Shown piece by piece: positions 9,781 through 16,949 of a stretch of 64,000 bases of DNA (position 1 is the stretch's first letter; each line of letters opens with the position of its first letter). The DNA lies in NCBI GenBank assembly GCA_044377005.1, contig JBILJV010000004.1:7698-71697 (forward strand), written 5' to 3'. Both the position numbers and the translations under genes were made by a program. The DNA comes from Bacteroidia bacterium. Its GTDB lineage: Bacteria; Bacteroidota; Bacteroidia; NS11-12g; UBA955. Under the pieces are notes generated by a model. That model saw only the letters and a list, made by a program, of their open reading frames with translations, was not told the DNA's origin and ran no database searches.

Positions 9781-10803
9781 ATGAATAATGCGTTAAAAGT
9801 CATCTTGATTTTTTTCGTCCTCTTTTTCTTTTCTTCATGCCATACTTCTGAGGTAGAACAACCCAATAATTCTGTTGGGTTGTTCTATCCTAACTATATA
9901 CCCAGTCCGGTATATAAGTTTGAAAATAATAAGTTAACGCAAGAAGGAATTCAACTTGGGCGAATGTTGTTCTACGATCCCATTTTATCTTCCGATAGCG
10001 CCATTTCGTGTGGATCTTGTCATTCGCAGGCTCACGCATTTGCCGACCATAATATGAAAGTGAGTGTAGGGGTAGGAGGAAGAGTAGGTTCTAGAAATAG
10101 CCCCCCCATTTTCAATTTGGCATGGCATCCCCATTTTATGTGGGATGGTGGTGTAAACCATTTGGAATTAGTGCCATTAGCGCCTATTACAAATCATTTT
10201 GAAATGGATGATGATATTCCTAACATATTAATAAAGCTTAACAGAAATACATCTTACATTACTAGGTTTGAAAAAGTATTTAACAAAACAATTATCGACG
10301 ATCAAATGCTCTTTTTTGCTTTGGCTCAATTTATGGGCAGCATTACTTCTTTCGAATCTAAGTACGACCATATGAAACAAGGAAAAGCTACTTTTACTCA
10401 AAATGAAAAGTTAGGATACGAACTGTTTAAAACCAATTGCAATTCGTGTCATCAAGAACCTTTATTTACAGATTTCACTTTCAGAAATAATGGACTAGAT
10501 TCTGTGTTTATAGACAAAGGGAGAGCAAGTATAACTTTGCTTGAAAAAGAGGAAGGTTTGTTTAAGGTGCCTAGTTTAAGAAACGTGGCTCTTACTTATC
10601 CATACATGCACGACGGAAGATTTAGAACTCTCGATGATGTTATATTACATTACAATAGCGGTATTAGAAAATCAAAAACATTAGATTATTTACTAATAAA
10701 CCCCATTGTCCTCAATTCAAAAGAAAGACAAGATATTATTGCTTTTCTTAAAACCCTCAACGATTATCAATTAATCAATCAATCTAATATTTCCGAACCA
10801 TGA
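9781..10803 (+). CDS. di-haem cytochrome c peroxidase family protein (MbnH/MauG/CCP-like), lipoprotein
   Basis: Two CxxCH haem motifs (CGSCH at nt 10009-10023, CNSCH at nt 10438-10452). Contains PSLRNVALTYPYMHDGRFRTLDDV, typical of the CCP/MauG family, and a signal peptide ending FSSC. Confidence 0.85.
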   Translation: MNNALKVILIFFVLFFFSSCHTSEVEQPNNSVGLFYPNYIPSPVYKFENNKLTQEGIQLGRMLFYDPILSSDSAISCGSCHSQAHAFADHNMKVSVGVGGRVGSRNSPPIFNLAWHPHFMWDGGVNHLELVPLAPITNHFEMDDDIPNILIKLNRNTSYITRFEKVFNKTIIDDQMLFFALAQFMGSITSFESKYDHMKQGKATFTQNEKLGYELFKTNCNSCHQEPLFTDFTFRNNGLDSVFIDKGRASITLLEKEEGLFKVPSLRNVALTYPYMHDGRFRTLDDVILHYNSGIRKSKTLDYLLINPIVLNSKERQDIIAFLKTLNDYQLINQSNISEP

Positions 10804-11714
10804 AGGTCTATTTATTCTTAATTTCTATTGTGTTTTATAAGGTTTCTTTCGCATGTGATATTTGTGGCGGAAGTATCAGTGGGAATAACATGTCGGGTTT
10901 GATGCCAATGTTTAACAAAAATTTAATAGGCATGCGTTCCTCTTACCAAGCTTTTAAGCATCCCCCAACTATTGCAAATAAAACAGGTGAAAAACAAGTT
11001 CTGAAGGATGTTTATTGGTCGGAAGAAATATGGATGAGGTATTATCTTCACTCCAAAATTCAAGCTTTTGTTAATATCCCTTTTCGAAAAAACATTCGTG
11101 AACTTGTTGAACATTCTCAAAAAATTTATGGGGTAGGAGATATGTCATTCCAAATAAACTATGCCATTTATAATAATGTCGATTCTGGTTACAGTGACTT
11201 AAAATTGATGTGGTGGCTTGGAGGAGGGATTAAGTTACCAACTGGCAAATACCAGCAAAGAAGTGTCGATAAAACAATGTACCCTATTGGATTTCAGGTG
11301 GGTACAGGAGCTTACTCTTTTCTCTTAAATAGTTTGGTGTCTATTAGGAAAAATAAAATAGGTCTAAATTGGAATAGTAATATAAGCCTAAATTCAACAA
11401 ATGAACTAAATTATAAAATGGGAAATGTGTTTCAAACCTCTTTACAAGCTTTTTATTGGCACACAATTAAAGCCAATACAAAGCTATTGCCTCAGTTAGG
11501 TTTTCATGTTTTTCATCTACAAAAGGACATAAACTACAATACCATTAAAAAGCAATCGGGTGGAGAGCGGGTTGTAACAAGTATATCGATAGACGCTTAT
11601 GTTAATCAATGGATGATTTCGGTAAACATTCAAAAGCCTTTAATCGAGAGGATTGGAGAATCCGTGCCTGCAACACTTTCCTCTTATCAGCTAAATTTAG
11701 GGTATTTTTTTTAA
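10800..11714 (+). CDS. outer-membrane beta-barrel protein with N-terminal CxxC (putative small-molecule/metal channel)
   Basis: ATGA start/stop overlap with the peroxidase gene. The signal peptide is followed immediately by ACDICGG. The body is beta-rich and ends ...LNLGYFF. Confidence 0.45.
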   Translation: MKVYLFLISIVFYKVSFACDICGGSISGNNMSGLMPMFNKNLIGMRSSYQAFKHPPTIANKTGEKQVLKDVYWSEEIWMRYYLHSKIQAFVNIPFRKNIRELVEHSQKIYGVGDMSFQINYAIYNNVDSGYSDLKLMWWLGGGIKLPTGKYQQRSVDKTMYPIGFQVGTGAYSFLLNSLVSIRKNKIGLNWNSNISLNSTNELNYKMGNVFQTSLQAFYWHTIKANTKLLPQLGFHVFHLQKDINYNTIKKQSGGERVVTSISIDAYVNQWMISVNIQKPLIERIGESVPATLSSYQLNLGYFF

Positions 11715-11810
11715 TCATTTTAAATCTATCATTTGTCGAAACCTACAATTAGGCATGATAAAGTGTTGTAGATGTTTATTATTTTTGTTAAACTTAAGTT
11801 TATTAAAATT

Positions 11811-12581
11811 ATGAATAAAAAAAGAATTTCATTGCTGTTTTTTGCACTATTAATGTTAAGTAGTTGTGCTATTATTCGTCCGGGGGAAGTCGGTATCAAA
11901 CAAAAGTTTGGTAAAATGTCCAAAAAGGCCACAACTGAAGGAGCCGTTTTTTATAATCCTTTTGTTTCAAAAGTGATTATAACTTCCATTCAAACCAAAA
12001 ATATTGAATTGTCTTTAAGTTTACCTAGTAAAGAAGGTTTAAGCGTAACATCTCAAATCTCAATTTTATACAGATTGGATAAAAATATGGTACAAAAAGT
12101 AATAAGCTCTTATGGGTTAAAATATGAAGGTATTATTTCAAGTATTTTTAGGTCTGCAGCTTCGGATGTATGTGCACAGTTTTATGCTAAAGATATGCAC
12201 TCTGGAATGCGTTCTCAAATTGAACAATCTATCAAAGAAAAAATGGGTTCTATATTAACTTCTCAAGGAATAGTAATTGAATCTGTTTTAATGAAAAGTA
12301 TCCAATTGCCTCCCGGTTTAGCAACTTCTATTGAACAAAGATTACAAGCTGAACAAGATGCAATGAGAATGGATTTTTTAAAACAGCAAGCAGAGCGACA
12401 AGCTGAGATAAAAATTATTGAAGCAAAAGGGGAGAGAGATGCTCAAAAGATCCAATCAGAAGGTTTAACTCCTGAAATTATTAAGTTAAAAAGTATTGAG
12501 GCCTTTAAACTGTTGTCGGATTCACCTAACTCAAAAGTAATAATTACCAATGGAACTGCTCCATTTTTAATTACACCATAA
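11811..12581 (+). CDS. SPFH/prohibitin (band 7) family lipoprotein
   Basis: MNKKRISLLFFALLMLSSC lipoprotein signal (the internal ATG at 11811 is preferred over the 11772 track start). An SPFH core is followed by a coiled-coil segment, QAEQDAMRMDFLKQQAERQAEIKIIEAKGERDAQ. Confidence 0.8.
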   Translation: MNKKRISLLFFALLMLSSCAIIRPGEVGIKQKFGKMSKKATTEGAVFYNPFVSKVIITSIQTKNIELSLSLPSKEGLSVTSQISILYRLDKNMVQKVISSYGLKYEGIISSIFRSAASDVCAQFYAKDMHSGMRSQIEQSIKEKMGSILTSQGIVIESVLMKSIQLPPGLATSIEQRLQAEQDAMRMDFLKQQAERQAEIKIIEAKGERDAQKIQSEGLTPEIIKLKSIEAFKLLSDSPNSKVIITNGTAPFLITP

Positions 12582-12590
12582 TTTAATTTC

Positions 12591-12598
12591 TAGGTTTG
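12591..12598 (+). promoter_or_regulatory. -7 box TAggTTTG upstream of tRNA-Ala
   Basis: Exact TAnnTTTG match 30 nt before the tRNA 5-prime end. Confidence 0.4.
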
Positions 12599-12628
12599 CA
12601 TATTTTATGTATTATTGCAAACTCGTTT

Positions 12629-12702
12629 GGGGGATTAGCTCATTTGGCTAGAGCGCTTCGCTGGCAGTGAAGAGGTGATCGGTTCGAATCCGATATTCTC
12701 CA
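12629..12702 (+). tRNA. tRNA-Ala (anticodon GGC)
   Basis: Manual cloverleaf: acceptor GGGGGAT/ATTCTCC with the G3:U70 alanine identity pair, D arm GCTC-ATTTGGCTA-GAGC, anticodon arm CTTCG-CTGGCAG-TGAAG, T arm ATCGG-TTCGAAT-CCGAT, discriminator A. No encoded CCA. Confidence 0.9.
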
Positions 12703-12711
12703 CTTTGTATA

Positions 12712-12734
12712 AAAACCGTCTTTGGGCGGTTTTT
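12712..12734 (+). terminator. intrinsic terminator after tRNA-Ala
   Basis: aaaaACCGTCtttgGGCGGTtttt is a short stem (one G-U pair) followed by a T-run. Confidence 0.55.
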
Positions 12735-12894
12735 ATGTTAGTTAGCTATACAAACTAAGAAACTAATAACCTCAAAGGGCAAATTTAAAACTTCAATTAA
12801 TATATTAGAAATTACGAAGAAGATAAAATGCACTATTGCTCATTATTTCACTTTGAAATTGAATATGACAAAACGTGTTTTAAGAATAGTGTCG

Positions 12895-13119
12895 CTATAA
12901 CAGTCTTTTCCCCAATCTTCTCACATAAAGGTCTTCCACTTTTTTTCTGGCCCAAGGGGTTTTTCTTAAAAAAGTTAAGCTCGATTTAATACTTGGGGAG
13001 CTGTTAAAACAATTTATTTTTATTCTTTCTCCTAGCACTTCCCAACCCAAATCATCAACCAAGGCGGTCACTATGTGTTCTAGGGTTTTGCCATGCAGTG
13101 GATCTTTGGAATCGTTCAT
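12895..13119 (-). CDS. VF530/DUF2132-like small putative DNA-binding protein
   Basis: 74 aa. The [33 protein letters not shown]...[24 protein letters not shown] pattern matches the VF530 family as I recall it. Confidence 0.6.
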   Translation of the reverse strand: MNDSKDPLHGKTLEHIVTALVDDLGWEVLGERIKINCFNSSPSIKSSLTFLRKTPWARKKVEDLYVRRLGKRLL

Positions 13120-13155
13120 CAGAAATAAATATTATTAAGACTTAAAATAGAGAGA

Positions 13156-13932
13156 TTATTGTCCCTTAAAGGTTGCTTTTCTTTTTTCAATAAAAGCTTG
13201 CATGCCTTCTTTTTGGTCTTCGGTAGCAAACAACATATAAAAGTTTTTTCTTTCAAAAAACAACGCTTCTTGTAGCGGCATTTCGTATGCTTTTAAAACA
13301 CTTTCTTTTGCCATTTGAACGGCAATTGGAGATTTTTCGGCAATGGTACTTGCTAGTTTTACCGCTTCACTCAAATAAAATTCAATAGGTACAATTTTAT
13401 TGACCAATCCATAGGCTTTGGCCTCCTCTGCAGATATAAATTGTCCGGTAAGAACCAATTCCATGGCTTTAGCTTTGCCCACTATTCTAGTAAGTCGCTG
13501 CGTGCCACCAGCACCCGGCATTACACCAATACTAATTTCAGGTTGCCCAAATTGGGCAGTTTCACTGGCAATAATCATGTCGCAAATCATTGCAAGCTCG
13601 CAGCCTCCTCCTAAAGCAAATCCACTAACAGCTGCAATAATTGGTTTTTTTGTTTTTCTAATACTGTCCCAAGTGGTAAATTGGTCTATTTTTAACATAT
13701 CAATGGCGTTTCTTCCTGCCATTTGTTTAATATCAGCACCTGCAGCAAAAGCTCTTTCGTTACCACTAATTACAATAGCTCGAATGTTGTCATCATGGTC
13801 AAAATCAATTAAAGCTTGTTTAATTTCAAGCATTAATTCTAAATTTAGTGCATTCAATTCTTTTGGTCTGTTTAATTGAATGTGCCCAACATAAGGGGCT
13901 ATTTGTGGGTTAACAAGAATAAATTCAGGCAT
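13156..13932 (-). CDS. enoyl-CoA hydratase/isomerase (crotonase) family protein
   Basis: 258 aa containing RAFAAGADIKQM, AAVSGFALGGGCELAMICD and FGQPEISIGVMPGAGGTQRL, which are the crotonase oxyanion-hole motifs. Confidence 0.9.
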   Translation of the reverse strand: MPEFILVNPQIAPYVGHIQLNRPKELNALNLELMLEIKQALIDFDHDDNIRAIVISGNERAFAAGADIKQMAGRNAIDMLKIDQFTTWDSIRKTKKPIIAAVSGFALGGGCELAMICDMIIASETAQFGQPEISIGVMPGAGGTQRLTRIVGKAKAMELVLTGQFISAEEAKAYGLVNKIVPIEFYLSEAVKLASTIAEKSPIAVQMAKESVLKAYEMPLQEALFFERKNFYMLFATEDQKEGMQAFIEKRKATFKGQ

Positions 13933-15085
13933 TGTTTTTCGATTTTAAAATAATTCTTAAGGTTGTTTTTTTATAGGGAATACTTTCCTTTACAAAAATA
14001 TGTCCCTTGTGGTAATTTTCTATAATCCTTTTTACTAAAGATAAACCCAAGCCCCAACCCCTTTTTTTAGTTGTAAAGCCCGGTTTGAAAATTCTTTTTT
14101 GTAGTCCACTAGGTATACCCTTGCCATTGTCTGAAAGGTCAATAATAATTGATTTGTTCTTTAAAAAGCAACAGATAGAGATAGTTCCTTTTCCATCCAT
14201 CGCATCCATCGCGTTTTTGCATATATTTTCTATTACCCAATCAAATAATGGAACATTAATGTCTGCTAACAAGTTAAAATCAATATTTTCGTATTGATAT
14301 ATCACTTGTTCTGAACTTCGGGTTTGGATGTATTGTATCGCTTTTGTTAACTGTTCTCCAATATTTGTCTCTGATAATATCGGTACAGCACCTATTTTTG
14401 AAAATCTATCTGTAATAACTTTGAGCCTGTCCAAATCTTTTCTCATTTCTTCAAATGAATCTTCGTTTGCATAAGATTTGTCTATTTCCATTAAATCTAC
14501 CCAACCCATTAATGAACTCATTGGGGTGCCTAGTTGATGTGCTGTTTCTTTGGCTAATCCAACCCAAACTTGATTTTGTTCCGACTTCCTACTGTAGCTA
14601 AAAGCAAAGTAACTGACTGCAATAAATAAAGCAACAATCCCTAATTGATAATAAGGGTAAGTTTTGAGTTGTTTTAATGTGCTAGAATCGTCATAATAAA
14701 CATATTGCAATTCTGTTGGTGAAATATTAACTTCTATTGGTTCGTTTTTGTCTCTAATGTCTTCAAAATAGGATTCTATATATCCATCTCTTTTAATGGC
14801 ATTTGAATCTAAATTCCTAAAACTAATTACGTTTTTACCATCACTTAATATTACGGGAATTGTATTGTTAGATTCAACTAAAGTTAGATAAATATTTAAC
14901 TCTTGTTCTGTCTCAGCATTGGTTATCATATGTTGTGCATAAGCCCACAATTTGATTTTTTTTCGTTCTTCTTCTGAGAGTTTTTTGACCATATTGTTGG
15001 AATACAATAAAGAGAATATGCCAATTATTACGGCTATAATCAATAAAAAGATTTTTATTATTTTCTTTAGTTTATAAGTATTCAC
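13925..15085 (-). CDS. sensor histidine kinase (two TM helices, HisKA + HATPase_c)
   Basis: H-box AHQLGTPMSSLMGW, N-box NAMDAM, and G-boxes DNGKGIP / GWGLGLSLVKRII. No response regulator is adjacent. Confidence 0.85.
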   Translation of the reverse strand: MNTYKLKKIIKIFLLIIAVIIGIFSLLYSNNMVKKLSEEERKKIKLWAYAQHMITNAETEQELNIYLTLVESNNTIPVILSDGKNVISFRNLDSNAIKRDGYIESYFEDIRDKNEPIEVNISPTELQYVYYDDSSTLKQLKTYPYYQLGIVALFIAVSYFAFSYSRKSEQNQVWVGLAKETAHQLGTPMSSLMGWVDLMEIDKSYANEDSFEEMRKDLDRLKVITDRFSKIGAVPILSETNIGEQLTKAIQYIQTRSSEQVIYQYENIDFNLLADINVPLFDWVIENICKNAMDAMDGKGTISICCFLKNKSIIIDLSDNGKGIPSGLQKRIFKPGFTTKKRGWGLGLSLVKRIIENYHKGHIFVKESIPYKKTTLRIILKSKNNA

Positions 15086-15145
15086 AATTAATAAATTTCA
15101 AATCTAATAAAAAAATTGTTTTATTTATATATTTTCGCTACTTCT

Positions 15146-15880
15146 ATGGAAATGATTATACTTTTTAATGGAAATGAGATAAAAGTGGATAACAATCGCT
15201 TTTTTGACATTTCTATTCCTATACAAAAGAACACAAATGTAAATTGTTATCATTTAGAAAGTCCTACCTTTTCATTCTATGATAGTCCTGAGTTTTGTGG
15301 AAGTTTGGACAAAGGAGGGAGTGTCAATTGTGAAAAAATGTCATTTTACGCTCATGCATCAGGTACTCATACTGAATGTGCTCTTCATGTACTCAAAACG
15401 TCGGTTAATATGCTTAATATTAATTTGCCTTTATTGATTAAAGCAAAGTTAATAACAGTAAAACCCTCAGATTTTGAGGGAGATAAAGTAGTAAATGCAA
15501 CATTGTTTGAAGATGCTTTAAATAATACTGAAGCCAAAGCATTAATCATTCGAACCATTCCTAATAATAGTGAAAAAAGAATACATAATTATTCTAGCAC
15601 TAATCCACCCTTTATTCATACCGATGCAATCTCGTTGTTTAATCAATTGGGTTTTGAACACCTAATTACAGATTTGCCAAGTATTGACAAAGAACAAGAT
15701 GGAGGATTATTAGCCGCTCATAAATTGTGGTTTGGCGATGGAACTGTGCACAAAACAATCACGGAGTTAATATATGCACCAGATGATATTCCCGATGGTG
15801 ATTATTTTGTTTCAATACAAGCTCCTAAAATTGAAACAGATGCGGTTCCTTCTAAGATATTATTATATCCATGTTTTTAA
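15146..15880 (+). CDS. cyclase/kynurenine-formamidase-fold-like protein (divergent)
   Basis: HASGTHTECALH resembles the HxGTHxDxPxH cyclase-family metal motif. I chose the start at ATG 15146 because a TAtaTTTT -7-like box lies at about 15130, inside the longer track ORF. Confidence 0.4.
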   Translation: MEMIILFNGNEIKVDNNRFFDISIPIQKNTNVNCYHLESPTFSFYDSPEFCGSLDKGGSVNCEKMSFYAHASGTHTECALHVLKTSVNMLNINLPLLIKAKLITVKPSDFEGDKVVNATLFEDALNNTEAKALIIRTIPNNSEKRIHNYSSTNPPFIHTDAISLFNQLGFEHLITDLPSIDKEQDGGLLAAHKLWFGDGTVHKTITELIYAPDDIPDGDYFVSIQAPKIETDAVPSKILLYPCF

Positions 15881-16911
15881 GGCGAATTAATAGAGAGTCC
15901 CTTCTGTATGCCTTCAATGTGTTTTTGGAGAAGTGGTATTTTAGGTTTTACTCAACAAAACCTATCAATAGCCTATTGGTTATTAAGTGGGATGAAATTG
16001 GTGATATGGCAACAAGCACTCATGTTTTTGAGCTGCTAAAGATAAAATATCCAGACTCGCAATTAACGGTTTTGTGTAAGCCCTTTGTAAAACCACTCAT
16101 TCAAAATGACCCATTTGTGAATCACATTGTTTGTGAGTTAGAAACAATTAGAAAAACTAAATTTGATGTTGTAGTAGAGTTAAGAGGAACTTGGCAAACG
16201 CTTTTATGGGCTGTGTTTAATCGACCATTAGTAAGGGTAAGCCGAGCGTTAGTTCGATTTAAAAATAGAGGAAATCAGCCTCATGAAGTACTCACTAATT
16301 ATCAAATTATATCACATTTGGTAGGAGAAACAGATTTGATATCGCCTAAATTGTATTATTCAAATGAGGATATAAAAGCGGTTGATGTTTTTTTAGAAAA
16401 TCATCAGTGTAGCCATTTTGTATTATTTCATGTTGGTGCAAGAAAAAAACTAAGACAATGGAACAAAGATAGATTTGCTTTTGTTGCTGATAAGATAATT
16501 TTAGAACATCAATTAGCTGTTGTTTTTATAGGAACCCAAGAGGATGAGGAGGATATTGCTGAAATACAATCATCTATGAAGCATAAGTCTATAAGTTTTA
16601 CCCAAAATTGCTCATTGAGTATGCTTTCTTATTTGTGTTCAAAGTCGCAAATGTTTATTGGAAATGAAAGTGGTCCAATACATATATCGGCGTGTTTCAG
16701 TTCCCCAATAATTGGGTTGTATGGTCCAGGTGTGCCTTATGTTTTCTACCCATATTCAAAAAATGCAAAGGTATTTCATCATGTTGTAAAATGTAATCCT
16801 TGTGATCAAGTTCATTGCGTTACACCCGAAAAGCCTTGTATTTCTCTTATTGAAGCCGCAGAAGTATGCTTAACGGTAGATAAAATCCTGAATGAAAATT
16901 TGGGGGTCTAA
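15871..16911 (+). CDS. glycosyltransferase family 9 (LPS heptosyltransferase-like)
   Basis: 346 aa with GT9-like layout (LVIKWDEIGDMATSTHVFELLK, GNESGPIHISA near the C-terminus). It overlaps the upstream gene by 10 nt. Confidence 0.7.
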   Translation: MFLRRINRESLLYAFNVFLEKWYFRFYSTKPINSLLVIKWDEIGDMATSTHVFELLKIKYPDSQLTVLCKPFVKPLIQNDPFVNHIVCELETIRKTKFDVVVELRGTWQTLLWAVFNRPLVRVSRALVRFKNRGNQPHEVLTNYQIISHLVGETDLISPKLYYSNEDIKAVDVFLENHQCSHFVLFHVGARKKLRQWNKDRFAFVADKIILEHQLAVVFIGTQEDEEDIAEIQSSMKHKSISFTQNCSLSMLSYLCSKSQMFIGNESGPIHISACFSSPIIGLYGPGVPYVFYPYSKNAKVFHHVVKCNPCDQVHCVTPEKPCISLIEAAEVCLTVDKILNENLGV

Positions 16912-16949
16912 TGTTTTTTTAATACTTTCGTTAAATAAAATTAAAAAAA

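Noticed and set aside
13418-13879. 153-aa ORF antisense to the enoyl-CoA hydratase gene, the longest shadow ORF in the window.
   Set aside because: The opposite strand carries unmistakable crotonase motifs. The shadow translation is Ala/Ser/Pro/Ile-rich with no motif, and its length is explained by the locally higher GC content of the real gene.
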